64,000 bases of DNA from Felis catus (taxonomy: Eukaryota). Below, one piece after another: positions 37,471-50,639 of the stretch. A program made the position numbers and the translations under genes. Under the pieces are notes generated by a model. The model was not told where the DNA came from. It saw only the letters and a program-made list of their open reading frames with translations, and ran no database searches. Within the stretch, counting starts at the first letter, position 1. Every line of letters begins with the position of its first letter. Location of the stretch: positions 8,806,001 through 8,870,000 of the forward strand of contig NC_058383.1 in assembly GCF_018350175.1 (NCBI RefSeq). Direction: 5' to 3'.

Positions 37471-39422
37471 CACGACAACGTGAAAGTTCTTAACACTGCT
37501 GAAGCATACGCTTAAAGATTGGTTAAGATGGTGTATTTTATTTGTATTTTACCACCATTAAAATGTTTAATGTTTAAACCTTTTTTTATAACGTGAGAAA
37601 GAAGGGGAGGGAACGAGAACTGGTGGTTCTCTGCACGAGTGTTTTGAAGGTTAGAGGTTAAAACGCCCAAGTAAAAAGTAGGTCCATAGATCAACGTTAG
37701 CTTCCACAGTTGCCAAAGTAGCACTGATTTGACGGGAGAATTACAAAATCCCGCGCTAGGGAAATACCAGCATGGTGGGGACGGGAGAAGTATAGGGGAG
37801 TTCCGAGCGACAACTAAGGGTGAGCTGTAGCCTGATGATGTGGCTGCCAAGAGGCTGCATTAATAGAGATAGACTTTCTAGAATGAAGGAGGTAGAGTCT
37901 CTGCATCGGTCTCCAGCAGTCCGGCCATGCCCAGGGAATTCCCATATATCCTGGAAACCACACTGTGAGGAAAAGTGTGTGCCTGGAATGCATGGCCACG
38001 GCCAAGCTCGGAGGCTGGTGGGAGGGAGCCTACTCCAACGTAGAGAAGCCCTCTCTCAGTCCTGGCTCTCCAGAGGTGCCCAGAGCTGCCTGCCACCAGA
38101 GCTGTGAAGGCAGATGCGGGCCAGCCCTCACTGAGGGTGTGAGGTGCGCGGGAGCAGACACAGAGGAACAGAAGGAGGGATCGCGCTCGACGACTTGACG
38201 GGTTGACAGGGAGAAAAATTCCCCAGGTGGCCACGAGGAAGACAGTGTTACAGGTGGCACCGAAGGGCGCGGCGAGCTCTGCGGGTTCCAGGCCATTCCA
38301 TAAGGCTAGGACGAGGGGGTGCTGGGTGGGAGAGTGGGCCCCCAGGAGGGGGTCTAGATCCAGGTTCGGGGGAGGGGCTCTGTCGGAGAACGGCGGAGAA
38401 TCACCGGGAGCGAGGCGTCGGACTTACATTCTAGAAGGATCACCCTGGCGAAACATCAGAGAACGGATGGGAGCAGAGAGAACAGAAGCCAGGAGAGCCG
38501 TGAGCAGCTGTCGTGATACATCCGGGCCGTGATGACTCGGGCCTGAGCTGAGGTGGTCCCAGCGGAGAGGAGGCGGCGGGGCTGGAGGAGGGGCCGCCGG
38601 AGCCACGCGCCCGTGTAGGCGCAGCCAGACATCTGGTTCGGCCGCCTTTCCCATCAAGGGAGATCCCCAGGAGGAGCAATTTCCTAGTTCATTGGCATAT
38701 AACATTATTTTTGCACCAGGTTTATAGTCAAAATGTTCTACCGAGACCTGACACTGTTTTATCGCTGAAGCGCTCGTGTTTCTATCGTGGAAAAGCCGAA
38801 GGGCTGTCGGCGGCCGGCGGCCCCAGGTCCCGCTTACACCTGTTTGTTAAACTCCAAGGCACTTGCATTAGTGCTCCGCCTTAATAGGGGGCAGTGAGGG
38901 TCCAGAACTTTCGAGACCTCGTGGTGAACAAGAAGCCACAACTCTGTGCTTCGCGACCGTGTCAAACCGTCTGGGGCCTCCGCCGTTCTGTCACTTGGCC
39001 AGCTGCGCCTTCACCTGGGAGCCCTTCCGAGTGGCTCTGGTGCGAGCGGCCGGCCGCACAGAGTCCCGGGGGGGGGACGGCGAGGACGTCCTTTCGGTGA
39101 GTGGCCCTCTTCCCTCTAACCCGCCTGGTCCTTCTGGAGGAGACTGCCCCGCCACGAGGGCCGCCCCTCGAAGTCTAGTTGGGAAGCCCGGTTCATCTTC
39201 ACCGAGGCGAAGAGTCAAGGGTGGAGAAGATTGCAGACAGCCACAAGAAAGGCGTGGCACTTTCTTCCACCAGGGTTTCTGTGTTCAGCGGGGAACACCT
39301 GGGCTGGAGTCCCAGACCCCGCCCCCGCCCCCCCCCCCGCGGCCTTGAACGAACCCCCAGGCTCCCAGTGTGTTTCCCCATCTGTAGAATGAGGGTAGTA
39401 ATTCACACACCTGAGAGAACAC

Positions 39423-39835
39423 TGCTGGAAAAACGCATTCGCTGAGGACATTTTGAAGACCTTTCTGGCTTTTTACTCAGTCCTACCGACTTTCTACCCG
39501 AGGATTCATGAATCGGGCGGCACCCCATCTAGCAGCCAGAAAGGAGCTCTGACGAGCTGTGCCAAATGGAAGGCTTCTCTAGGCAGAAAAAGGAAGGACA
39601 AGGAAAGAGTGGATTGCTTCAGGCAAGGTCACCTTCCTGCAGGGGCCGGGAGGGGCCTGTCCGTGGGCAGATGACCTCACTAGTGCTGACCAGGAAATTC
39701 CAGATTGATGGGTTAAAGGTCACATTCCCAGGAGAGGCTGACACTGCAGCTAGGTTAAGATCTTCAGTCTTGGTTTGCTGACTTGGGGCTTGGCACAAGG
39801 GACTCCATTTGGGGCCTGTTGTCTCTTTTCTAACA
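39423..39835 (-). mobile_element. ERV1-class 3' LTR (possibly MER41-like clade)
   Basis: On the minus strand it starts TGTTAG right after a polypurine tract, ends ...CCAGCA, and contains gctagatggggtgccgcccgattcatgaatc plus a decayed polyA signal. It abuts a MIR fragment at 39365-39420. Confidence 0.75.
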
Positions 39836-39845
39836 GTTCCTCCCC

Positions 39846-40037
39846 TTTTTTTTTTTTTAATGTTTGCTTGTTTTGAAAGAGTGCGGGCACAGAGAGGGGC
39901 AGAGAGAGAGAATCCCAAGCAGACTGCACTGTCAGCGGTGAGACGGATGCAGGGCTCAAACTCACGAACCGTGAGATCATGACTTGAGCGGAAATGGGGA
40001 GTCAGATGCTTAACCAGCTGAGCCATCCAGGTGCTCC
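39846..40037 (-). mobile_element. CanSINE inserted at the ERV polypurine tract
   Basis: Antisense body flanked by ctcccc(c)ttt on both sides. Confidence 0.92.
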
Positions 40038-42700
40038 AGCAAAACTCCCCCCTTTCGATCAGACCCTCATCCTGAGCGACGCGATCGAAATTTAAGGCGT
40101 CAGTGCCATTTTGAGCCACCACTCTGTTGTTCTCGCAGCTTTGATATGTGCGACATTCCCAGGTCATGGTGGTTTTTGCAGAATTCCTATGGTGGTCACA
40201 GAGTCACGACCTCAGGCTCACGGTTTCTTAGTGGGTCATTCTCTTCGTTCCTTTGCTGACATTCATTCCAGTCTTTGCGAGATCATTTGCTTGGCGGTTA
40301 GTGGTTTCGAACATGCGTTTAAAACTTTTCAGGGAAGACAGCGCACCAGGAAGTTACTGTGATTATTAGAAGCAGGAGAATTCCCAGTGTCTGGAATGCA
40401 CTTTGGAGCTGTGGTCCCCAAGACCCAAACTGCTCAAAATCAGGGAAGTCAAAGAGAGATCCTGTTGAAAGAGTTGCTTGTCTAAGCCTGGCGGCTTGCT
40501 CCACTGTGGTTTTATGTAAATGAGTTTCTGCTTTCCCTGAAGTGTTCATCCAGGTGCATAAGCGATGTTGACCCCAGCACAGACCCCTCGTTCAGCCAGA
40601 ACATGATCAAGGCCTATTCTCTTATCAGAACAACCTTGGCCAGAGAGCCTAAGGATCTTTGCTGAGCAGTTGTTGCTTAAGCAGCAGAGTGCCCGGTACT
40701 TTCATGAGTAAGGAGAGGTTCCTGGTCACAGCATCATTTGAATTTACTGCTAACCAGGGTAGTAGGCCCCAGCCGAAGGAAGCAGGTCCTGACTCACAGG
40801 GACCTCCCAACGGGTCCTTCCCAACTCTAAATTCAGGTGCTGACCGATGAGGTGTCTCGGTCTGTAGACAGTTAGGGGCACGTTCGATAACCCTAGGAGG
40901 CTCTGCCCAGTTATGTGCCAGCCAGCCAGGCCTTCGCGGGCCCAGGGAGAATGGTAACCACCCCCAGACAGAGATCAGTCCTGCCGGGGCACAAAGCATT
41001 TCCACTAAGGTGACGCCGTCAGTGGCCAGGTAGGAGTTTTTTTTTTATAACAAACCCAGCAGCCTGAAAGGCAAAGGTTTACCCCCCGCCCCCAACCCAG
41101 TAATGGCCTAGGAGATAGGGATGATGGTGCTGTGTCCCCAGACGAATGCCAGATCCAGGAATGAAAAGGAAGAAGAAGAAAGAGTTTCACATTCAGTGAA
41201 AGTCTGAGGTCTCCATCCAGCATCTTGGGCAGAAGCAGTCTACACAGATGTGCACTGCTTCTCTCCCCAGTCACTTGACGCAGAGGCTCTCCAGTGATCC
41301 TACAAGGCTGGCTGCCAGGGGGCGCCTTCTTTAGCTGTGAGATGTGTAGGGAAGCTTCAGGTCCCTAGACCCTGGCTGCCATCCAGACAGGAGGACCTGG
41401 CCTAGTCGCTTCCAGGTCTCCCTCAGGGGCAGTCTTTGTTCCTAATGATTCCGAACCAGAAGGGTGGGAGAAAATTGGAGACGTTAGTTTCAAGAGTCAG
41501 GGTCGGACACTCGAGGAAACCAGAAGTATTCAGGATCCAGTCCAGTTTTCGGGTCTATCACAAAACCTCGAAGACAATTGACAGGATTAGAATCTGACAC
41601 CTACAAAGGTGCAAGCATCATTTTTCTCTCTGCGATTACCCCTATTCTTTTTGCACTACAGATAATCCCAGCAAAAGTAATTTCACATTCAGTTCGGCCT
41701 GATTAAGTGCAGCGAGAACAGTGACCGACCACGTAAGCTTCTCCATGGTTTCAAAGCTAGAACCATGGAAGCAAAGTACCAGGTTGACTTTTTTTTTTTT
41801 TTTTTTTTTTTTTAAGGGGCTTTATTTATTGGGCCCATACAGTCAGCCTCAGTTCCTTGAAGCTGTCTGGTCATATCTGAGTCTAGGCCTGTCTCTCTCA
41901 AATACGACAAGTGAGTCAAAGCCTTGGTAATACAGCCAATATTTCCAGTTGTGTCCTGTTACAAGGATAACACGTTCTCATTGAACTTATGCAAATAACT
42001 AATTATATTGCCATGAAAAGAAAACTTTAAAGTTTCTGGGTTCCAGAGGGATCAGCTCAGGAGAAAAAGTAAATGTTTCATCTTTGTTTACAAAGGTATA
42101 CTTTACCAAATTGCCGTGTGAGAAAAGTTTCCTTCTATCTGGAAAAACGAAACATCAGTGTTTCAAACAGGAAGTCATAAAAATTACAGTCATCCTCCTC
42201 AGCTGGTCCATTTCCTTGTTATTAATCCTCAATCTGCTTGAATTCGGTTTTTCTTTTTTTTTTTTTCCTCATTAGTTCTGAAAATTCTTACCCAGTTCAG
42301 TTTTATGACCTTGAACTTATCTGAAATCTGGACTTGTCAAAGTTCTTTGCATGAAGCCCCGTGAAGACGAAACACTTTTGTAGGAAAACGTTTGCAAAAG
42401 CATCTGAGTAAGACAGTAACTTTCTGTCAATGACAGAGACTTAAAAGTGTCCGTTGTTGAAGATCGGCTGAGAGTTCACTTGATAAGGAATTGTAGTTAT
42501 TTCCGTGATGTATGACATTTTAAGATAATAACTAGAATCATGACATAATACCAGAACAAACAGATTTCTAGGAATGTCATGCAATTTCTGCAACTCTTAC
42601 ATACCTATACAAATAAAGAAGGTTTAGTATTATATTTTGACACTTCCTGTGTGATTTAACATACCAAATAAGCCAAGGTAGTTTAACATCTCCCTTTTTG

Positions 42701-42939
42701 TTTTGTGTTTTTTTTTTTAATTTTTTTTTCAACGTTTTTTTTTTATTAATTTTGGGGACAGAGAGAGACAGAGCATGAACGGGGGAGGGGCAGAGAGAGA
42801 GGGAGACACAGAATCGGAAACAGGCTCCAGGCTCTGAGCCATCAGCCCAGAGCCTGACGCGGGGCTCGAACTCCCGGACCGCGAGATCGTGACCTGGCTG
42901 AAGTCGGACGCTTAACCGACTGCGCCACCCAGGCACCCC
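42701..42939 (-). mobile_element. Young SINEC_Fc
   Basis: CpG-rich, near-consensus body with exact TSD AACATCTCCCTTTTTG at 42685-42700 and 42940-42955. Confidence 0.97.
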
Positions 42940-43042
42940 AACATCTCCCTTTTTGTAAGGTGAGAGAACAAATCTGTTGAGATGTCCAAGGGCCTCTCTG
43001 AAAAATCTCAAAGTTAGTTGAAAGTTAAAAAGAGTTCATTTA

Positions 43043-43254
43043 GGGGCCCCAGGGTGGTTCAGTCGGTTAAGCATCTGACTTTGGCTCAGGTCACGATCTT
43101 GTGGCTTGTGAGTTTGCGTCCTGCATCGGGTTCTGGGCTGACAGCCCAGAGCCTGGAGCCTGCTTTGGATTCTGTGTTTCCCTCTCTCTCTGCTCCTCCT
43201 CCCTTGCACTCAGTTTCTCTATCAAAAATAAATAAACATTAAAAAGCATTTTTT
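43043..43254 (+). mobile_element. CanSINE (SINEC_Fc type)
   Basis: Full body with TSD aaag(a/g)gttcatttag. Confidence 0.95.
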
Positions 43255-43658
43255 AAAGGGTTCATTTAGCATTTGATTCTTAGAAGTTTATTTAAAAAAT
43301 CAAAAGATTTTAAAACACTTGGTCAAGTAGGATCATAGGTCATGGTGACACAATATTTACTCATCTATTTAACCACAGTGACGACTGAAGACCTTGAAGG
43401 CAAATACAGGAAGTTAAATAGTTGTTTAAAAATAAAAATAAATAAATACATACATGCATAGATACATAAATAAACATAAATAAATAAGTAAAACCTTAGC
43501 TCTTTTAATAGAGAAGACTCAGCTTTCTTAAGGAATCAAAGACCTAGTAATAAAGACCCAGGAAATTATTTTTGACAAGACACAAAATCTTTGTTTTCCG
43601 GGCAGATAACTTAAAAGGTAAGGAAGAGCCTTTTACAATATCTTATCAAGAGCAACCA

Positions 43659-43878
43659 GGGGCTCCTGGGTGGCTCAGTGGGTAAAGCGTCCAACTGCAG
43701 CTCAGGTCATGATCTCACAGTTCGTGTTCAAGCCCCTCGTCGGGGTCTGGACTGACAGCTCAGAGCCTGGAGCCTGCTTCCGATTCTGTGTCTCCCTCTC
43801 TCTCTCTCTCTGCCCCTCCCCTGCTCATGCTGTCTCTCAAAAGTAAATAAAAACGTTAAAAACAATAAGAATTAAAAA
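43659..43878 (+). mobile_element. CanSINE (SINEC_Fc type)
   Basis: Full body with exact TSD AAGAGCAACCA at 43648-43658 and 43879-43889. Confidence 0.96.
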
Positions 43879-43911
43879 AAGAGCAACCAATAGTTCAAGA
43901 AAACTTTGTCC

Positions 43912-44099
43912 TTTTTTAATTTTTTAAATATTTTTAAGTTTATCTTTTTTGAGAGAGAGGGAGAGAGAGAATCCCAAGCAAGCTCCACGCTGTCAGCAGA
44001 GCCCAACATGAGGCTCAATCTCACAAATCATGAGATCATGACCTGAGCCGAAATCAAGAGTCAGACACTTAAGCGACTTAACCGCCACCCATGCACCCC
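43912..44099 (-). mobile_element. CanSINE
   Basis: Antisense body with TSD aaac(t/a)ttgtcctttt. Confidence 0.93.
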
Positions 44100-45601
44100 A
44101 AACATTGTCCTTTTAAAAGAGAGAAAACCAAATTGTAATTTTGCACCGTATTACTTTTGATGTTAAAGGCCATTTAACTTTATTAAATGTATTCTAATCA
44201 TAGCTGGCTTGACCAGCCATGACAATCTCTTTCCAAAGACTTATTTTCCACAAATCTACAACTTTCTCTTTCACATTCAGATTTTGCCATACGTTTTCCC
44301 TCTTTCCCATTGTGAAATAAACAGCTTCACTTTAAGCCAAAATTTCTTTCTTTTCCCTCAACACAAAAGCCTTTCCTTTCCTCATACCTTCTTTGAGTAA
44401 AAACACACCTCTTATTTTCTTTACCTATGGAGATGTTTCCTTTATTATCTCTAGTAGCTTAATTACATACATTAGAATTTTTAACCCTTAGAAACTTTTC
44501 ATTTCTAGTGGCAATGAAGAAGTAAGTTATTGGGAACTTTTACATCAGCATTCTGTGGCTCAGCAGATTTGTAAATGCAACGTATAATTTCTAGAAGCAT
44601 ACTTTCTCATAAATTTTTCAGTAGCACAAAACGTGTTTTACCGGTCGACCCAAATATCTTTGGTTCCTCCGTAAAAGGAAGCCAAGAGTGGATAAACCTG
44701 TGTCCCGTGAGTAGCCTCTTGCAATGAACCTCTCGGTGAAGCCACTTTGGGATTTGGAAGCATTTCGGAGGCTTCTGCTCACCAATTCAGTTGGTATCCT
44801 ATTCTGTTTGTTTGATTTAGGGGCCCTGACTTTCAAGTGCACTTCTTAAATGATCTTATCTAACTAGATCGTTGCTCGTAATGGCCCTTGTAATTCTAGG
44901 TTGTTTTTAATAAGATTCTGCCATTTTTGCAGGTATTTAAAGTTTCTGAGACTATAGTTCCTAGACTTAAAAATAAGTGGGTGTTCCAGGAGGTAGTATG
45001 CTTATCCTCAGAATTGTTATTACGATTTTAGCTAAGCCTTTGGGTCTTTTGGAGCAAAACTAATATCTACAAGGGATAGGCCGCTGGGTTGGGAGTTGTG
45101 TGATGTTTAACAGTGTTACCTCGCCGCATTGAAGTTTTCTTGAGGTTGACAGGTTCCCTAGTGTCGCTGTCTGTAGCCCATTTCTAACTCATCCTAATAC
45201 AGGAGTCTTAGAGTTAGGTAGGTCTACAGAGGGACTCCAGTCACCAGCACAGGGCCACCTTGGGGCACATGGCAAGAAGTGTCTCCTGTCTGGTGTATAG
45301 AGGACCTTTCTGACTTCCCTTCTGCAGCACCAGTGAAGCGGGGTCACCTCTGGGGTTCTGGCTGTTCTCCAGAGTCGCGTGTGGGTATTGCCTAGAAGGA
45401 TGACTTTGGTTGGTGTGCACTTTCCAAAGCAATGTAGTCCATCCCATAGGAAGGCTCACTTGTTGGCCTTGCCAGCCTCCGCCTCTCTTTTATCCCCTCC
45501 CTCCAGAGTACAGAGCCTTGGGAGCAGGCCGAGAGGTCATCCCCCAGGAGAGCTTGCCTTCTCCTTGAAATTGTCCAAATGTGGGGTTATTTGCCCTTGA
45601 G

Positions 45602-46037
45602 CATGGTGGCCAGAAAAATGGCCCCAAAAGATGCCGCTTCCCAAACCCCACAACTTGTAAATATATTAGTGTACCTGGCAAAGGGGGGGTTAAGGCTGTT
45701 AACAGCTGACCTTGAGGTGGAGATGACCCAGGTGTGTGTGAGTGCACCCGGTATAATCACAGGGTCCCCAGAGGCAGAAGAGTCCACGTCAGGGTGATAG
45801 GCTGGCTTTGAAGATGGAGGAAGGGGCCACTGCCAAGGAGTCTGGGTGGCCTCCAGAAGCAAGGAGTGGTAGGAAAACAGATTCTCCCCCAGAGCCTCGG
45901 CAACCCAGTCCTGCCCACACCTTGATCTTAGCCCAGTGAGCCCCAGTGCAGACTCCGAACAAAGATAATAAATTTGTGTTGCTAAAATCAACTGAATTTG
46001 TAGTAATTCGTTCCAGCAGCCTTAGCAACGTAATTCA
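45602..46037 (+). mobile_element. MLT1 (MaLR) solo LTR, MLT1D-like
   Basis: cagaaaaatggccccaaaagatg...ggctttgaagatggaggaaggggcca...gattctccccca gagcc...aagataataaatttgtgttg...gcagc...taattca. Confidence 0.88.
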
Positions 46038-49000
46038 AGGAGGGCTGCCGGCTAACAGACCCCTGTTCCGATCCAGGGCCCACCTCTGGGAAGCCGTGGG
46101 TCTACCTGGAGGCTCAGTCCATTGCCGGCTCGTGTGGCTGCTAGGTCACTGGAGAGACTTGCTCATCTCTGGTGGCCCCGAGCCTGGGTTTTCATGGAGA
46201 CACATACAGAGGGGGACAAGACACAAAGACCGGGACCAAGATGGAAGAACACTGGATCCGACACCCACCACCACCACCACTGTTGAAAACCAGGGACCCC
46301 CAAAGGCTACACCTGAAATGGCTAAACTGGGAAACGGATTGGATTCCGGCTTGTCTCAACCATGGTACTGGGAGGAGAAGACACGCCTCCCTAGAGAACG
46401 CCCAACCAGAGCCGCCTTTACGTGGGCCTGTAGCCTGCGTCCCACACCAGGTTGTGTCTGGCCTCGCCAGCCCTTCCCATGAGCCTTCGCTTGCCCCACC
46501 AGCCGCAGCCACCCAGGGCTCTGCCCTCGCCCGCTCTCTCTGTCCCACCCCGCCATGCCTCTCCTCCACATTTTATGAATCAAATTTTTCAGACTTGAAG
46601 ATCTGGAAATAGCTGTCAGCATCGTATATTCACATTCTAATGTGTCCAACTTCAGGGGCGGAGCTTAGGGAAAAGCTTTCTTATACTGCCCTTCCTGGGG
46701 CCCTTCAGGAGCCCTTGAGGAGCTGGGGGGGGAGGGAGGGGGGCTCCCCTTAGGCCTTCCTTTAGGATGAGGAGATACCCCGGACACACGGTTCGGGCTA
46801 CCCTTCCCAAGACGCAGAGCTGTGACTTGGGCCAGCCAGTGTCACACGCGTGGGTATTGTCACTTCTTTCTGGTATCGTGACTGACAGAAGAATTCTTGA
46901 AACAAAGTGCTTCAAGCCACCTCCCGCCTTCCAAGTGACTGCTGAAGACCGCCTACAGTGTCTGGTCATCTTTCCTGTTTGATTAGACCCCTGTCCCCAC
47001 AAGGTGGGCACTGTTAGGCCCTTGGCTCATGTTACCTCTTGGGTCCTCCGTTGGCCTGTGAGAGCCCGTGAGGCGGCTGCTTCTGTGTTTGTATCCAGGT
47101 TACCGGCAGATGCGGGCCGTGTCCCCATTCATTCATTCATGTGACCTCCTCCCTCGCTGTCCCCTGTGCTCTCGGTGTTTACTCTCCCCTCCCAGGGAAG
47201 TACCGAAAGTAAGCAACAGCCAGCAAAGGAAGCGTCTCAGGGGAGCAGCTCAGGCTTGGCGAGGCGCCGTTCTCATCCCGGGGCGGCCCCTCGGTCACCC
47301 CCGGGTGATCTGTCAGCCAGAACCGCGGCCTCGCCCCCGCAGCTTTGCCTGAGCCGGGCGGGTTGGAGCGAGGGAGCCCGTCACCGGACACAAGGAGTCA
47401 GGGGTCTCGTGGCAGCCGCGGCTCCGTGTCTGGGGTTCCGGGTCAGAAAACACCACCGCCTCCCGCCTGCCATGGCTGATGCCGGTTCTTAGAAACCCTT
47501 CATCCGGTTGGATCGCCGTCCCCGGAAAGACGGAGGCCCTGCACACAGGTGATCGCGCGGCACTGACCCTGCCTCAGCGCCGGCCATGGGCCTGAATTTC
47601 CAACTGCAGGAGCTAATTCCGCCCGGCTGCTCCCACTCCGTCCTTCAGCTGCTCTTAGGCCTGCTTTTTCTTTTTTTTTTTTTTTTTAGTCTGCTTTGTG
47701 CCTGTTTAGCTGCACAAGCCACCTCAACTGTTTTGTGTTGTGTTGTGTTGTTTTTGATGTCCTCGGGGTGTACATCCTAAACAAATCCTAAAAATTCCAA
47801 ATCGTCAAAACGCTGCCCTGAAGTAACCAAGTCAAGCCAAGTGAGAAAAGGCCGTGACCAGCATGGACAGGCCACAGAGTGACTCTGCACACGAACTTGG
47901 AAACAGAACGAGGTGCAGAAGCTCTGGAGAAATTCCACAAGCCGAGGAGAAAATCCTCAACAGCCAGATCCCTTGTTCCATGAGCTGCCCAGCTTGGGGG
48001 GCGGGGGGCAGCTAAATGCCCGTATGAGAGCCTTGCCGTGAACCCGTCGCCCGGGCCCGCCTGAGCTCCACTGGTTCCAGAACACTCCCAGGCGGGGCAG
48101 GGTGGTGGTGCGGCCTCACTGGCTGCTCCCAGAACAGCTTCTCCACTCGGCTAAGGAATAGTTTTCCTAGTCAGAGATACTAGAAACGTGTCAAAGAACA
48201 CCTCATTCCTGGCAGAGTTGTGGAGATTTTTATGCCCCAGGGTTCTGCCTACCAGAAAAGGAAGGGAAAACTTTTCAGTAGGAACGACAGGATTACCGGA
48301 AAAACTCGGAGGGGCGCATCTGGAACTCTTCCTCACTGAAGAGGAGACTCTCTGCAGAAAGTGAACCAGAAATCACCCCTGCTATCGTCGCCACGCCGGT
48401 CACGTTGTCGCCTTTCCCGACAGGCCGTCCCGGATCCTGTTTGGAGCACAGCGTGGGCGGCGGCTGTGTGAGCTCAGCGGGGCCTGGCCAGGCGCCATGT
48501 GAATTAGATGGGGTGAGGCTCCGGGCGCCCCCGGAGAAGCAAGGCAGGCGGCCATCAGCACCAATTTCTGTTGCCGTTAGAAATACCCGAATTTGCGCAC
48601 AGAGATTTCGCAGAACGATCGTGCGTCAGAGAACCAACCGCTCCAGGCCGCCGGACCCGTCCGCCCCTCCCTCCACCAGCTCCATTGATCGGGCTCACTC
48701 CCCAATTCCCTTCAGTTCTTTCAGCAATTAGTTGACCCGTGCTGTCGCGCCGCAAAATCGGGAAACACACAGAATAACCCTGCTCGGCCGGGCCCTCCTC
48801 GTTCATCTCTTCTGTCGGCGCGACGTGAGGCCGGTGGAAAGAAGCGGCGCGCGATCTCCCAGCCCGCACGCCCAGGACTGCCTGCCGTTCTCCCCCCGGC
48901 TCAGAGTGCCGTCTGCCTCGCGATTGTAGAATCCGGACGAGCCCATTCACGAGACGCTTGCGGATGAGCTGTGAGCACAGTATACTTCGGCGGACGCTAA

Positions 49001-49843
49001 TCCCCGCGAGGTCCCTGAGAAGGTGACTGTGTCCCCAGTCGGGGACGGTGGAGGCGTCGTGGGCAGAGGTAACTTGCCCCGGTTGCGCCGCTCCCCGGCG
49101 CCTTCGCGGGCGGCGGGCACTGGCGTGTCCCGGTCTCATCCGGTGGGAAATCCTGCTTTGCCATCCGGTAGCATTGGTCGCCTCGTCTGGGAATGACCTG
49201 CAAAGAGCACAGGGGTCCACCCTTTCCTCCTCGGCCCCCTTCCTGCGGTTGGCTCCTCACCCCGAGTGGGCCCGGCCGCCCTCCCGCCTGCGGCCCCGGG
49301 TTGCCCCGGCTGCCGGGGGGTGCCGGCCTCGGCCGGCTTGGTCAGGTGAAGGGTTAAATGTGTTGAAATAAGCCTGGACCTCACAAAAGAAGTGACATTT
49401 ACACCCTGGACGTTTATGGAAATACTTGCCGAAGGAAAACAACCACAACATTGTGCGTGTTTTTAGGAAGAGAACGGCCAAAGTGTCTTTAATTCACTGT
49501 TTACCCGTGAGAATTACTCCCAGGAGTGATCCTGCAATAAAATCTTCTTGGTCTATGAGAATAGAGAGAAATTGAATCAAAAGACTCTATTTCCACTTGT
49601 ATTTATTCAGTCTGGGAAATTCAGTGGGCCGGAGCATTAGTATCAGCAGGGGATTCCTTGCTCCTAGCGTTAAATTACTGTCATAATCGCTCAATTATTT
49701 CTTCCTTGTACTGTTTAAAATAAAAATCCATCACATTCTATGTTTTTTTTCTAGCATTTATTAGGTTGAGTGTTTAGGAAAATCAATTATAGTCAGTCAG
49801 GCATGAATTGATGAATGTTCTTGTAATAATTGTCAGTTGTTAA

Positions 49844-50377
<534 letters not shown>

Positions 50378-50639
50378 TGAGAAAACAGTTGGCGATGAGC
50401 AGGGCGGCCCAAAGAAGTAATAACACAGTTAACGCGCTCTGAGTCTGCATAATGGCACAATCTCTCTGGAAGTGCCAGCGTTCCGAAGGAGCGAGGCACT
50501 CGTCTCGGTCCCTTCTTTGCTTCTGGATTTTTCTAAGATTAGTAAAAATTGTTCTCAGCCGGAACTTTTCCCAGCTCGAGCAAGGCAGCTTGGACCTATC
50601 AGATTACAGGCTCTCGCCTTCTGGCTCTGAGCAGTGACT

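Larger units (their letters stand above)
40038..45240 (-). mobile_element. ERV1-class internal region remnant (env TM and gag MA relics, AT-rich non-coding middle)
   Basis: Frameshifted minus-strand translation of 40330-40690: AQQRSLGSLAKVVL/DKRIGLDHVLAERGVCAGVN/CTWMNTSG...GSWGPQLQSAFQTLGILLLLIITV. Translation of 44825-44990: PPGTPTYF/SRNYSLRNFKYLQKWQNLIKNNLELQGPLRATI*LDKI/HLRSALE. Confidence 0.85.

Noticed and set aside
40319..40549. Env-like ORF as a domesticated syncytin-type gene
   Set aside because: Only 76 aa, with frameshifts in the adjacent immunosuppressive domain and no intact signal peptide or SU region; a decayed relic.
45240..48400. A 5' LTR partner for the 39423-39835 LTR
   Set aside because: No second copy of that LTR is visible. 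The LTR at 45602-46037 is an unrelated MLT1 in the opposite orientation.
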